From NCBI GenBank assembly GCA_009914755.4, contig CP068257.2, positions 14,784,001 to 14,848,000 on the forward strand: 64,000 nt of DNA, given 5' to 3'. Every line of letters begins with the position of its first letter. Position 1 is the stretch's first letter. The position numbers and the translations under genes were made by a program. Source of the stretch: the human T2T-CHM13v2.0 reference genome, Homo sapiens. The notes under the pieces are model-generated. The model was not told the origin of the DNA and did not search any database. It was given only the letters and a program-made list of their open reading frames with translations. Positions 1 through 16,330 of this stretch are shown piece by piece.

Positions 1-1045
1 ACCCATAAGTTATTGTTTCTGTAAATGCACACGATTAAAATGTCTAGTTTGTAATTTCATTCTTGATGTATATTCTAGGGCACGCTGACATTTTAAAGAA
101 TTTTGTTGAAACGCCCACTGAGCGTGCTTTCTGAAAAATGAAGATTATCTTTTGTTTTTTTTCTTTTTTATGAGCTTTAAAAAGTTTTAAATAAAAGTTT
201 CTAAGATGCATGATTCTTAAGCATACATCTGGATGAATGTCTTACATATGCATCCATATGTAGTTATAAACATTCGTACATCTTCTCCCAGATACCAGAA
301 TATAAAAATTTCAGCACTCCTTAGGACTCTCTCATCCCCCTCTGACACCTGTCACCATATATATTAGGTTTACCAGTCTTTGATTTCATATAAATAGAAT
401 TGCACAGTATGTATATATTTTTGTCTGGCTTACGTTACTCAATATTTTGTCCATGTGATTTTCCCATCTTGCATATATTGGTTGGTTGTTCTTTTTTGCT
501 TTGCAGTATTTATTTGTGTGATTATGGCACAATTTTAATCTATTGTGCTGTGTTAGTACACTCGTTGGGTGTTTTCAGATGTCTGTTTACATAATTTTTT
601 AAATGCAGAACTGGTACCAAAAATATAGTAGTCAGTTGTTTTCTTTAATAGATGAAATATAAAACTAGAATCACTTTAATTAAAGTACTACAGGCAGTTA
701 TTGCTTTACATGGTCCCATGCTAACTGAAATTCATTTATATTTGAACTCTGAAAAGTGATAACTCAGTATTTCTGAGTTATCTATGAAAAAAAATCCTGG
801 AAAAAAGAATTAGTATGTGTTATCCTAAGTAGATGCTGAAGAACCAGTCCTGCAATATTTAAACTTTATCATCACCCATTTGCTCCTGTTATTTATTACA
901 TATATACAACTGTAATTATAGTTTGGACCAAATATCCATGTAGTTAAACTCAGTTGTCACTTTATTTTCTAAAACTCCTTCTGGATGGCAAAAATTTTCT
1001 GGTTTAAAGCAAAATAATTAAGCCATTGCGTTTTACATAGGATAG

Positions 1046-1383
<338 letters not shown>

Positions 1384-4300
1384 AATTCTTAAAAATTTTA
1401 AACTCAACATTTTATGTACCATATGAGTGAAATGAGACCCAATATTTTTGACAATAGGGATAAATATTTGTTTGAAAGTAATGGGAATAGTTTTAGAGAT
1501 ATTTTCTAACTATTTTCTGTGATATTTTTTAACGGTTCCACCGTTGGTGTTACTATACTCAAATTTAAGATCTTTTCCTCTGCTAGGATAACACAAACAT
1601 TGCTAATACAAAATTGTAAGATTTTTAAATTTTTCTTTTATTATGGAAAAAAGATTAAGTTATTTAGAAGTTCTTAAGTCACCAATCGAATATATTTATA
1701 AGCTTCTATTGAGTGTATCATCCAAGAGCTAATGAATATATTTATTACATTGACTATATTGATAAACAGTCTGGGGTTGTCATCTGGATATTTTTCACAC
1801 TTGCTAGTAAGCAACTGCTTTAATAAAATAAATAACATGAAAGTAGTATATTACAATGTGGTTTGCAAAGCCGTTTCACATATACATATACACATTAACA
1901 TTGAGAGGGAGAGGATATCACAGTCTTCCACCCCAGACAGTAAAATAATTAGTATCCTGTAGCTAAGAAAGACTGAGCTATGACCTGCACTGAAATTATT
2001 TTTCTACTGTAAATCTGTCATCTTTTATTGCAACAAACTACATCTCTGTAAATAATGGAACTTCATACAACAGATCCGTGGTGAACTAGTGGCTTAATAT
2101 ATCTCTCAAAATATTTTTTAAACAAAATATATTTTTTATTTGTATCTATAATGCTACAAAATTCTCATATGATCTGGAAATTTTCAACCATATATGATAA
2201 ATGATTTATTTATCATTTAACACATTTTCTTGGAGGTTGTGTATTAAATACATTTTAGCCCCTAAAAATGGTAATATCACTTTCTAATTTTTTTGTTTGT
2301 TTTAAATAATCAGTTCAAAGTTGGCCAAGGTCAATGATTCTTAAATCCTATTATTATTTTTTGACAACTATACAATGCCTGATATTGATTCCATTCCTGA
2401 TATCAGCTGGCAGTAAGCTTCCCTCTCAGATGAAGTGATAGATGGCCTGTTCATAATTCATACATGCAGTGGACACTACAAAATTCCACTGCTAGGCTTC
2501 TCCTTAATTAGACGTATTTGCATCTAATAGGAAGAGAAGACTAACTTTCCACCATGCTTTGTCCCTGTAATTGTATTCTAGGTATTAAAAACATTTTTAA
2601 ACATGCGCAGTGTCTGAAGACCTGAATTAACAAACTCATGTGGACATTTGAAAATGTGTACCTGTTTGTCCTACTACTATGCTACATATGTTTGGTTTTG
2701 TAAAAATATGGGTGAATTCATAGTATTGTTCTTTTTCACTCTGAATGTCACCTTGTATCTATTGGTTTTTACTGACCCATGAAAATGGCTGGAGTTAGTC
2801 TGATCTCACCATGTAGAAAGGTCAGGTTCATGGCTTGGATTTGAGAACAGCAGAATGAATCAACTTTGAGGAAGAAGCTGATTTAAAAAAAAAGAAAATG
2901 TCTATTTACATTGAGCTTATAAGAAATAGGTAGAGATCAAGAAGAAAACAAGTATGGAATTACTTCAGGATATTTTAAAAGCACTTCCATTTAGGTATCC
3001 TTGACTAAATCTGTCAACTTTGTATCCATTTTCTCATGAAGAAAGTGTTGAACTTTTCACTAGAAGTACTTTTTTTTATTCCTCAGTTAAAACATGCCTG
3101 TTATTCTTTTTGTAATACTTAAGCAATTTTATTTTAAAGATATACTACTTAGTTCATCCGTCTCCACTTGTTTTTTTTTTTTTTTTGCAATTATGTGTTT
3201 GTTTCCTTTAATACAACTGCTATAAAAGCAATCATGTTCATGGAGAAATAAGTATAATTCATAAAACTAGCATGCCTTGCAGAGATACAAGTAAAAATAT
3301 AGTTGTGTGTGTGTGTTTATTTACTGAGATGAATTTAATTCCTGGAGATTATTTTAAGCTTTGGAAATGATCTCTGGAGTAAAGAATAATATATTTCACT
3401 TTTTTATTAATAATAATTTTTATTTTGAAACATTGATATTTATAATCTGAAAATCCTATTTATTTGTTTGTTTGATATATACCAAGAAACAGTACATTGA
3501 TAGGTGATCATTTTTTTCACTGTATTTATTTATTTTTGGTAAGAGAAAGTAAATTGATATTTAATTATGAAATAACTAAATATGTTTTTCTTTTGTCTAG
3601 ACTAATTGTGAAGTGATAAAGTACATTTCTTACCAAATATAACATTTTAATGCATAGAACTTACTATCTATAATAGCTATCTTACAGTCATGATAGTTAT
3701 TAAGGTAATTTATCAATAAGCCTTCTTTTGGACAGAAGGGATACATCTAATTTTTAAAAATTTCTCTTTGTCTTTTACTAAGAAAGCCTCATTTATAGAA
3801 AACCAAATGAGAATTCTGGTCATCATGGACCCTAAGAGCTCTCAAATCCACTAAGAAAATTGCCATATGTGAAATATTCTCTTGCCCAGTTAGAACTATT
3901 CATTCATTGTAGGCTCTGATACCCATTTGATAAGAAATAACATTCTGATGCATGGCTAATTTGAATCATATTTAAAAATTAAGTAAAATTTGAGCCATAA
4001 AGGATTAAAGAGATGTAGATTATCTCATTTTGTAGCAGGAGATTTTTAAAATTTGATTACAAAGAAAACCAAATACTCCTATAATAGGAAATGTTACAAA
4101 ATTAACTGAGAATCGTTTTTACCCTATTTTGTTATTCTAGTCTCTGACTGGCGTGAAAAAGCTACTAGTTAAATGATTCAGGAAAGAATAAGATAAACAA
4201 AGGGCATACACTGTCCATACACCGTAGTAGTTCCTAACTTCTCTCTGGAATAATTAAAATCAATTTACAGTCAGAGCAGTTAACCAGCTCTCAGTAGTCT

Positions 4301-5794
4301 TCCATGTAATGAATACACTTCTGTACCCTTATTAAAACACGATTTGTCAGTGCTTCTGTCCTCATGAAAATTATAGCTTGGTTGAGAATATTAAACAGAA
4401 ATGAACCAACATGAGAAAAATGGAAAATAGGCTAAATTAGTTTAACTAAGCAGCTAGATTTTCTTTATCATGTGCCAATCATGGGCAAAAATTGAAGCCA
4501 GCACAAATCTCTCTGAATGGCTTTCTAGGGAAAACACATTTTTAATTACCACATGAGCCTGTTGGAAGGTAACCGAATTCAACAAAACCATTAATTGATA
4601 TTTTATTTGAAACCTTTCCTGATAATGCTTCTAGCATCTATCACCCTATTCCTATTTCTCTTGAAGAACAGAACATAGCATATAATAGGTGCTCAACAAA
4701 TATATGTTAAATGAATACATGAATGAAAAACCCTAATAAAGTGAATATTTGTATCTCTAACTGAGTTTCTCTTTCTCAATACGGCTCATTTCCTCAAATG
4801 CTAAAAGATTCTTAAAGCTCCTTCTGGGTCGCTTATCTTTCAATGATTTAGTTACTTTACAAAGAAATAACATCTAATTAAATCTTAAGCATCCAGAGAA
4901 ATCACTTTATCATTTTGTAATAATATCAGTCAATGAACATGACAGTTTCTGAAGATATATGTGTGGTAACTCGTGATCATTGTGCTTATATCTGGTCCAC
5001 AAGGGAATGAAGATTGTTACCAAGGATGTAATAATTTAGTGTGCAATACAATTTAAAAATAGATTAAAAACTGAGATGTAAAAATGGCACTCAGCCTGTT
5101 TTTGGTTTCTTTGTGTTGTATTATAGTCTCATATTTTGTTTTCAAAAGGTAATTGTCTGTCAATGTGTTTAGTCATTTCTTTGGGCATTTTTTGAACATG
5201 GTACATATAGACCATATCTTCATAAAACCAACAACTTTTATTTTTGCCATTTATAAATTCAAGTGTACTCATAATGTATATATTTGTATTCAGTTATTCA
5301 GAAACCTTAGTATTTAATGAAGATGTACAGAGAAATGGCATAATCAATAATGAATTGGTATAGCACCTATGTTGGAGCATCTTTTATTTAGTGCAGTAAA
5401 ATGGAGCAGATGATTTCTATTCCTAAAAGTATTTCCCCACTTGATTTAATGGTAAATCCTCCAGATCATAGTATTACTATTCTAGCATTCATGTCTGCTG
5501 CCTTTAGCTTTCTGTGTGAAAACTTCTCATCAGGAAATTTCTTAACTAATCACCAGGAAGATTTAATCAAAATCAGTTTAGTTACTAACTAATGTAAGCT
5601 TAGGGGAAAGAGAGAAGGGAAGTGTATAACGATTGAATTATTTGACTACATATTGTTAACACAGATATAAAAATCCATGACTTCTCTCCCTTCCTCCTCC
5701 ACTAAAAAAAGAAATTGAAGATAGTTGGGAACAAATAGTTGTTAACAGCAAAAATTAAAAAGAATACTAGCAGCTACCACTGCCTCTAGAGAGT

Positions 5795-6000
5795 GTACTG
5801 GGTTCTAGTAGACAAGTAGAGCTTTTTTAAAAGAACTGATGCTGGAGACGGTAACACCAATTCAAACCTCACCTCTACCACTAACCAGTTATCAAATCTT
5901 GACGTTTTTTTCTTACCTTTCTTTTTTATCTGTAAATTGGTAATAATAACAAACTTGATTTCATAGTATTTGTTAAACAATCAAAAATTAATAATGTCTC
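5795..6000 (+). mobile_element. MIR (mammalian-wide interspersed repeat) fragment
   Basis: Match to the MIR core: ...ctaaccagttatcaaatcttgacg...tcttacctttcttttttatctgtaaattggtaataataac, compared with the consensus gcaagttacttaacctctctgagcctcagtttcctcatctgtaaaatggggataataat. Confidence 0.55.
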
Positions 6001-8431
6001 TTCCAATTAAATGAAGATGTATACAATTTAATCCAGATTTAGGAGTGAACATGAATGAAATGGGAAAAGAAGCATGTTCCTTTGAGATGTTACACTTTTT
6101 TAGTATAACATCATTGAAAAAAGCATCAAAGTATTCAACATGTTGCCATTATGAAGGTAAAAACAGAAAACAGAGTGGCAAGTTTCTGAGAGTATTAAAA
6201 AGTAGTAAATGTTGACTGCTTCATGTTTCTTTAAATCATCATTAACTGGAGGGTATGCCAGCCATATCTTCCATGAATATTTTCTTTTGAAACATTTCTT
6301 CAAGGAACCTTAAGTACATTAATTAAACTAGGGCAAAACTTCAAAAGACCTACTTCACTTTTCTTTGTGCAAGTTCACATAAGAAAAAGCAATTAATTTA
6401 AAATCCAAGTTTCATGTATTCCCAGCTTTCCAGTTGGGAGAAGATGAAATATACATCCTCAACTCTCCTATTTCTTTCTGAACTCAATCTTCTCATTCTC
6501 TTTTTTCTTTTTTTCTGGCATAATGGGTTATTTTGATTACTATTAAAAGGCTGAATGGTGTTGACAATTATCTTCTTTTTACTTCTGATGCTAATTCCAT
6601 TGTTCAGTAAATTAAGGGAAAGGAATACCAGATGAAACTTGGTATGATTTTTAAAGTCTGGAAAAGAAATCAATATTTAGCTTAATTATTGTCTTTTATG
6701 TACAGGTCTGAGTATTTACATTTGGAACAATCCTTGAGCTTAATTCTGCTGTTTAGACATGAAATAGAGTTCCAAAATCAAGTTAACCTATTTCTCATTA
6801 AGATGTATTAGTTTCAGTGTATCTTGCCCTGCTAAAAACAATCTTTTTTAATGCTCTATGTTTTGATCTATTTAATTTTTTTAAAAAAAACATAATAGTA
6901 GTTTCCAGTATGGAAAATCTGGTTGTCTCTAATTCAGTCTCTTTATACTAAGTCCAGTAGATCCATTTTAAGAGCAGGATAGACCTTTTTAAGGTGAATA
7001 TCTTTCAGAGGGGAACACAGTGTCTGATGTATGCTGATCTAAATCTAAGAAGTTTTTTCCAATCTGAGATCTCTTGCCTTACAGATACTGAAAGCATCAG
7101 TGTTTCTCTTTTCTAAAATTTTCACACAAATTTCAGTCCTGATGGTGTGATTTTTTTTTCTTTTGCCTTCAAGAGCTAACACAAGACATAAATCAGAAAC
7201 AAATTAACTGAAAGGAAAACTCAAAAAAAAAAAAGAAAAGAAAAAAGAGGATGCTTTACGAAGGGAGATGATTTGATGGTGGGTGAAACTGTAGACTAGG
7301 TTAATGCAACCAGGTTAAAGAAACTAGAGGGTTGAAGTACAATAAAGGGTGTCCAGAATTCTTAAATGCAGTAAAACAAACAAACATGTAGCAGAGGGGC
7401 CTTGTCTAGGGTATGGATGTTTTTCGATTTAAACAAAAAGGAGGAAAAATAACCAAATGATCTAGCAATTCCTTAGAACGTCTGTATACTATCTATCCAA
7501 TGTAATAATTAATCCAAATCATCTGTCACTATGCACTGCCACTCCATTCTGATAACAACCCTCTAACCATGTCTCACCAGGAAATAACATTTTTATTCAT
7601 ACAAGTTGCAGGTTATTTTCAAGACAGACTTCCTCTGTGCTGTTCATCATGCATACCTTAGCTAAAGTATTGTAGCTAGAATATAGCAGCAATTTTCCAA
7701 CCGATCTTCGAGTCTTTATTCCTTCAGGTATGTTGTGTGTACTCTTTCCATTTGCCTAAATTTTCTCTCAAAAATTAAGATCACATCTCACATTTTCTAG
7801 GAATCTTTTATGACTTTGTTGCTTTGATGTCCATGTCCCAACTGCACAGGTAAAGGTTCATCATAGCCTTACCTAAACCCTCTTTCTGGTCTTATTTCTC
7901 TGATGGTTATTTCCACAGTTAGAGCTGCAGGAAGCCACTTCTTTCTTTAACACATCATATCAACTTCCATCTATTTTAGTTCATGCTGCTTCTGCTATAA
8001 AAACTCTTACTGCTCTTTGTCTTTACCTAAAATAATTCCACTTCTGATTTTTATTAACTATATCAGTTTGGGCAACATATTAAATTGCTTCGTGCCTCAC
8101 TATGAAACTCTTTGGTTCCAGATGTATTTAGAATAGTTTGAATTTTAGAAAAGTTAGAGTGGTTATGCTATACATTATGTAACATCCCCAGCAAGGTCTT
8201 GGGTGGCCAAGGACATTAATATGTATGAATAATAACATTAAAGTCAGTAAATAGATAGTATAAGTAGTTTTTGCTTTAATGTTAATTGATTCCAAACTTG
8301 AAAAGTCTTTCATGTTTAGAAATTATTGTGATTTGGAATTTCAGAATCCAAAAGGAGCCATGTATCTCTAGTGCCAATCTCACAGACTTGAGGTAAAGAT
8401 TAAGTGAGGCGACACATTTAAAGAACTTGCA

Positions 8432-8743
<312 letters not shown>

Positions 8744-9695
8744 AATTTGCGAATGGTCAACAATCATTATCTGTAACTGTTATTATCACCATCACCTGTC
8801 TGGTGTTTCATTTAAAAACCTTGTCGCCTGCAAAAATTCCTTCTAGCCAATCAGAATTTATTATACAATTCTTATAAGAACATTACAGATGTTACTTTTT
8901 GCCTGTTTGTGTGATTCGTTTTTTATATGTTTGTTTTTACCTACCCCAAACTTTAAAATATTTGATAGCAATAGTAGTTTATGTTTTCAAATCCACATCA
9001 CATTCCAAGCTGCATTCCATAGCATCTCTATCTCTTCCCTCTGGATTTGTCCTCCACTTCCAGTGAAAAAAACCAGTAATATTTTGGCTTTGTAGAAAAA
9101 CTTATTTTTATTCAGAGAAATTGTGACTTCCTCCATTTTGCCTCTTACGGACAGGAACTTGTCATTAATGTGCAGTAGAGGCAAACATTCCTTCTTGGAA
9201 CAGGATCTCTGCTTCTGGCTGATAAGCTAGGTGCTGCTAGAATGTAAATGCCTTCTAACTTGGGTAATAGTTCTTAGTACCTTTCATAAAGTCCTCTCTT
9301 ATTTCAGATAAAATTTGAAGGAACTGTCACAGATATTTAAAATTATCAAATAAATTATACCAGAAAAACTGCTTAAATTTTAATAAAGTTTGTTTTTAGT
9401 TGAGAGTGTAAAATATGACATTTTATTTTCTTAATAAGTTTATGTGGACTTAAACTATGAAGGTCTAAGTTTTTTGTTTTCCTCATGTGTATAGACCTCC
9501 AAAATTCTTTGAAATTTTAATTTGGGAGAGTAAAAAATTTGTTCAGGAGAGTAATTTGGTTCAGAGTATTAAAAAAACAAAGGTAAATTTAGAACTTTTG
9601 TGGTTAACATAAACAAAAATCCCTTGATTCATTGGATTTATAATAACGAAGAGAAAATTGAAAATTAGTTAGGTTGTTTGGAGTTAGGAAGGTAG

Positions 9696-10050
<355 letters not shown>

Positions 10051-11017
10051 AACCTTTATTTTATTAATATTTGTTTCTTCCCCAAAACTTGCATGATGAG
10101 TATCATTAACTGATAATACTAAATTGATCTTGGAAGGACTTTCTGTGAGGAAACATTACTTAGTGTTGCCTATAGGTATTTATAAGCACCTATAATAGCT
10201 CAATTGAAATGTTGCAGAAAAATTCTGAAAGACCTTTACGAGGTGTATGGAAATGAGTGAAGAATAAAGTTGAGAGAGAAAACTGATGGCATTCTGAAAG
10301 GGAAACACATTGTATGGAATTTAGTGGGTTGTTTGTTTTCTTAACCTGGCTTATTGAATAAGCTGAACTTTCCCAGCCTCCATCCTTTAAAATATGAACA
10401 CCACAAATAACAGGAAAGATAATAGCATTGGTTTCCAAGAAGAGCTCTACATGTAAGCCATGCATTGGGTCTCTAAGGCCAGTAACCATAGCTTTTGAAA
10501 TTTCAGGAATTCTCTTTAGAGTCACCATCTTCAACCTTAAAAATATGAATTTAAAGACTGAAAAGAATAAGAAACTCTTTAGTTACCATAACACAGAAAT
10601 TCTGTTGTGATTTTAGTTGTATGTTTATTTTTTAAGAGTTCAAATTAAAAAAGACAAAATTCCCATCATTTCAATAACATTTTTCTCATGGTTATTTACT
10701 CTATAAAGAAGTTATTGACTAAAGTATTTCAATGCTAATAACTGCAACTCTAACATGATAAGTATGTATTATTTGAACTCACTATGCAATTGTAATCCAG
10801 AATAATGCATTTTAAAATTTCTAAAAATCAAATGAGTCTGCTTGTAAAATATTTTTGCTGGCAGCCTTTATAGAATATTGAAAATAATAGATTTAAAGTG
10901 AATATTCTGATTAATAATAGATGTCAAACTTGCCAAGAAAAGTCAGTAGAGGATACAGTTTTTGAAATCTTATGTTTACAGAAAGATAAAATGAATAAAA
11001 CAGGAAAACAAGCCTTA

Positions 11018-11410
<393 letters not shown>

Positions 11411-11875
11411 TTATTGGGGAAAAATAGTGTTCTTCAGATATCATATTTGCTTCAAGCAAAAAAATAACTTCAGTTAGAGCTAGCTGGAATAATGACAGAT
11501 TTCTAGATTATGGTCAAAATAATGCCATTACCTTGTACCTGATTGCTGCATGTAATTTTTGAAAACAATACAAATTGTTTTACCTGACCTTTTGGGTATC
11601 AAAGCCTTCTCCTATCTAAATGCAATGATGATATTAGGTAAATGCAGAATAATTCTGAAGTTATGTTTTAGACTTAAAACTGTATGTATTTAGAAGCATG
11701 ACCAATTTCATCTTTAGTAAAGCAATACCTGAAAAGGGGGGTTTTAGTATTTTAAACATTGTCATTTGAGCTTAGAAGTAACATTTTTTCCTTCTCTTAT
11801 TTATTTATGTATTTATTTATTTATCCTTTATAGGTCTTATTCAATACCAAGAATTCCTCAGGATGTCCATTTTTT

Positions 11876-12202
11876 TGTTTTGTTTTGTTTCTTATTATCT
11901 TTGTTTTTTTTTTTTTTTGAGATGGAGTCTCACTGTGTTGCCCAGGCTGGAATGTAGTGGCACAATCTTGGCTCACTGCAACCTCCACCTCCCTGAGGTT
12001 CAAGTGATTCTCCTGCCTCAGCCTCCCAAGCAGCTGAGATTACAGGCACTTGCTGCTGCACCCAGCTGATTTTTGTATTTTTAGTAGAGACATGGTTTCA
12101 CCATGCTGCCCAGGCTGGTCTTGAACTCCTGACCTCAAGTGATCTACCTGCCTTGGCCTCCCAAAGTGCTGGGATTACAGGCATGAGCCACCGCACCCGT
12201 CC
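11876..12202 (-). mobile_element. Alu (minus) with degenerate T-rich tail and ~15-bp TSD AGGATGTYCRTTTTT
   Basis: T-run 11904-11918, then gagatggagtctcactgtgttgcccaggctggaatgtagtggcacaatcttggctcactgcaacctcc ... gggattacaggcatgagccaccgcacccgtcc. Flanks are caggatgtccattttt (11860-11875) and aggatgttcgttttt (12203-12217). Confidence 0.88.
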
Positions 12203-12679
12203 AGGATGTTCGTTTTTAAATAAGTCACCACAGCTTCATATTTAAAAAAAATCTTTAATTAAATTTCAAATCTTGAGCTGAATTTAGTATAATATTAAAC
12301 ATAGTTTAGTAATTACATATCATTTATTGTTGATAGTTTTGCATATGAATCTATGTATAGCTCATTTAAAAAATGGCTTTAGCATGAAGTATAAACAGTT
12401 GAACAAATAAATGAGAAAAATGCTTGCTTAGAAGGAATGGAAATTGGGTCAGCACAGCCTTGCCTTTGCCCAAGCGGTGGAGTTGAGAAAGTATTTTGTC
12501 TACACAAAAGCCAGACAGCTACTCTAATGCCCAGTGAATTCTGACAGTATGTTACAGTTTAATGTGATGAATGATGTAAGGACCCGCCTAAAATGCTCAC
12601 GCAGCTTCCCAATGTCTTACCCTGACCTACAAACCAGCTCATAGGTCTCCATGCATGTGTTGTAGAAAGTGATGTAGAT

Positions 12680-13008
<329 letters not shown>

Positions 13009-14287
13009 TTAGTTGAGGATATATATAGGGAGAAGTTACTTCAAAAATGTTATTTTTTATAAAAGTCTTTTTGACTGTGTTTCTCACCCACTTAAACACC
13101 TCCAGGGTAGAGACTGTTTCTTATTTATATATATTCAGTCTTGTATATAGAGGATCCTTTCCTCATGAATGTTTATAGAATAAAGTTAGACATTAGAAAC
13201 AAGAATGAGCCTTTTGCTTCTTGTTGCCTGCAGGGCTAAGGCGAAGCTCATGGAATAAGTCTAGGATGTTTGTTTTTATATGAACTGTGGTGTAATAGAA
13301 AGAGAGCAAGAAAGAACAGCAGTAAGTAGGACAAGAATTAGAAGCTGATAAGTTAGTCCTTCTACTTTAGCTTAGCATTTAAAGCCCATCCCACTATTCT
13401 TCAGCATATGATTCAGTTGATGTGAAACTCTCACTGGCTTTTCATAGCTCTATACATTTGCACATACTGTTCTATATGCATAAAAATTCTTTTATTCCTT
13501 TTTCACCTGAAAAAAAATATCTGCTGATCCTTTAATACTCTGACACCTCATTTGAAAAAGCTTGCTTTACTCCTCCAGGCAGAGTTGATTGTTCCTGTCT
13601 GAGATGTTACCTATCTGTATCATAGTGCTTTTCACTTTGACTTACAAGTATTCATTTACATACATGTCTGCTCTCAGGCTAAATTTTCAGCTCCTCACAG
13701 CCGGGACTATTTCTTGTTCATTTCTGTATTCCAACCATCTTTTATTATGCCTTTCACAGTTGGCATTCTATGAAAGGCTGGTTAATCTTTCTAAGCATTA
13801 AACCAGCCTTTTGGAAAAATAATGTAATATATTTACAGAGAAATGATATATGATGGCGAACAGTAGTTTATGCTCTCTGTTGCCTTGTATTTCTCCACAA
13901 AAGTAAATAACAATGACAAAAACACAATATCAAATTTAGAAATGAAACAAGATTTGTTTGAAAGCATTTATTTGAATAACTTAAATGAAATAGTCAGAGC
14001 AGTATAAATAGCATACTACAAGAAAATAAAGTCATAAAGAAATTTTCAAAACTCTCTGCCAGCTTTTCATAGACAATAGAAAATTAGAATAGAAAAAAAT
14101 CATTATAGGACATCCTATTCAATTACATCATGAATGGACATTGAATAAATAAATGGATGACTGAAGCCTAGAGGCTAGAAATAACATCCTAAAGTCACAT
14201 TTGTTAGCATCTGTGCTAGGATTAGAACCCAGATCCCAATGCCAAGTCAAAAGTAAAATCCTCACTTTTAAAGTGCTGTGTCTTTTT

Positions 14288-16330
14288 TAACTTTTATTTT
14301 CATGTAATAATTATAGACCTACAGAAAAAGTTGTGCAAATAACATAGAGAGTTTACATATGTCCTTCACCTAGTTTCCCCTAATGGTAACAATGTACATA
14401 ACTATAGCATAATTATCAAAACCAGAAATTAATATAAAATTCAGGATTCCACATTGCCTTTTTTTGTTGGGTCTCCATCTTCTCACTATGTTGTAGTTTC
14501 TCAGTCTTTGGCTTTTATGACATTGACACTTTTGATGAGTACTGATCAGTTATTTTGTAGAATGTCCCTCAATTTGGGTTTGTCTGATGTTTTCTCATGA
14601 GTACTTTGTTGTTGTTTTCTTTTATTATTATACTTTAAGTTCTAGGGTACATGTCACAACGTGCAGGTTTGTTACATATGTATACATGTGCCATGTTGGT
14701 GTGCTGCACCCATTAACTCATCATTTAGCATTAGGTATATCTCCTAATGCTATCCATCGCCCCTCCCCCCACCCCACAACAGGCCCCAGTGTGTGATGTT
14801 CCCCTTCCTGTGTCCAAGTGTTCTCATTGTTCAATTCCCACCTATGAGTGAGAACTTGTGGTGTTTGGCTTTTTGTCCTTGCAATAGTTTGCTGAGAATG
14901 ATGGTTTCCAGCTTCATCCATGTCCCTACAAAGGACATGAACTCATCATTTTTTATGGCTGCATAGTATTCCATGGTGTGTATATACCACATTTTCTTAA
15001 TCCAGTCTATCATTGATGGACATTTGTGTTGGTTCCAAGTCTTTGCTATTGTGAATAGTGCTGCAATAAACATACGTGTGCATGTGTCTTGATAGCAGCA
15101 TGATTTATAATCTTTTGGGTATATACCCAGTAATGGGATGGCTGGGTCAAATGGTATTTCTAGTTCTAGATCCTTGAGGAATCGCCACACTGTCTTCCGC
15201 AATGGTTGAACTAGTTTACAGTCCCACCAACAAGTGTAAAAGTGTTCCTATTTCTCCACATCCTCTCCAGCACCTGTTGTTTCCTGACTTTTTAATGATG
15301 GCCATTCTAACTGGTGTGAGATGGTATCTCATTGTGGTTTTGATTTGCATTTCTCATGAGTACTTTGAAGTTATGCATTTGGGAAAGAATAACTGCTATG
15401 CCCGACTCAGTGCGTCCTGTCAGCAGGTACATGTTTTCAACACATCTAATTACTGAAGATGTTAACCTTCAGCACTTGAGTGAGGTGGTTCCTGTCGGGT
15501 TTTTTCCATGTAAGGTTACTATTTCTTCCTTCATAATTAATATATTTGCAGGAAATAGTCTGTTTTTCTTCCATCTTTCACCTACTAATTTTAACATTAA
15601 TGGTAGATCTTGTCTGTAACAATTATTAATCTTGTGTTTGCTTTATGTGATTTTGTTATGTTCTTCATTCCTTCTACATTTATTAATTGGGATTCTTTTA
15701 AAGGAGGTGGTTCTTCTCCCCCATTTGTTTGGTTATTTAATTATATAATTTACATCAGTGTGGACACATAGCTGTTTATTTATTTTAGGGGTTATAATCC
15801 CTAAATAGTATCATTATGTATTTTGTTGTCAAATTATTTCAGCTTCTGCCATTGAGAATGCTTTTCAGGCCGGTTTCAATATCCATTCAACATGTCCCCC
15901 ATTTTTTCTAGCACTTTCTTACTCCTTGCCATCACAAGATATTCCAGATTCATTTTGTATTTTTCCTGCCCAGTCTTCTCTGATTTTATTCTAATGGGAT
16001 AGATTAATTCTAGTCTTCTGCCTTTCCTTGTTTCTAATTTTTTTCAAACAATGAAAAATTAAGCTCTCATTATCTACAATATGTTTACTTATTTGTTCAA
16101 TCCCGGTACACACATCAAGTAGTTACAAAGTTGCTAAACCTTGTCTCTGTAAAAACAGATCGACTGATCATAGTAATGTAATAGAGTACAGTATATTCAA
16201 AATATTTTTACTAAGTGCTAATATATTTAAAGTAATAGTTTGTTATTTTCTTCCCACCCCATTCAGTGTGGTGATGTCATTCATTTATAATATAGCTAGC
16301 TTCATTTTTTACTATTTGTATTCCACTCCA
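14288..16330 (-). mobile_element. 3'-end portion of an old L1 (L1M/L1MA-MB-like), interrupted by a younger L1 insertion at 14609-15350
   Basis: cttttttaacttttattttcatgtaataattatagacctacagaaaaagttgtgcaaataacatagagagtttacatatgtccttcacctagtttcccctaatggtaacaatgtacataactatag... resembles the antisense of older L1 3' ends. The similarity resumes right of the insertion (aagttatgcatttgggaaagaataactgctatg...). The outer boundaries are uncertain. Confidence 0.55.
14609..15350 (-). mobile_element. 5'-truncated L1 (L1PA-like, young primate family) 3' fragment of ~740 bp. It carries the ORF2 C-terminus and 3'UTR and is flanked by an ~18-bp TSD TTTCTCATGAGTACTTTG
   Basis: It starts with the reverse complement of the L1 3' end (ttattatactttaagttctagggtacatgtcacaacgtgcaggtttgttacatatgtatacatgtgccatgttggtgtgctgcacccattaac). 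The minus-strand ORF 14831-15202 translates to ...CPSMIDWIKKMWYIHTMEYYAAIKNDEFMSFVGTWMKLETIILSKL..KHHKFSLIGGN, the ORF2p C-terminus. It ends in ggtatctcattgtggttttgatttgcatttctc. The direct repeat tttctcatgagtactttg is at 14591-14608 and 15350-15367. Confidence 0.92.

Noticed and set aside
10190-10534. 114-aa minus-strand ORF in unique sequence
   Set aside because: It has no recognisable domain wording, sits in AT-rich sequence, is not flanked by plausible splice or promoter context, and is of a length expected by chance in 64 kb across six frames.
14831-15202. 123-aa minus-strand ORF ending ...KLETIILSKLLQGQKAKHHKFSLIGGN
   Set aside because: It is the C-terminal end of L1 ORF2p inside a 740-bp 5'-truncated L1 fragment, with no start of ORF2 and no ORF1, so it is non-functional.
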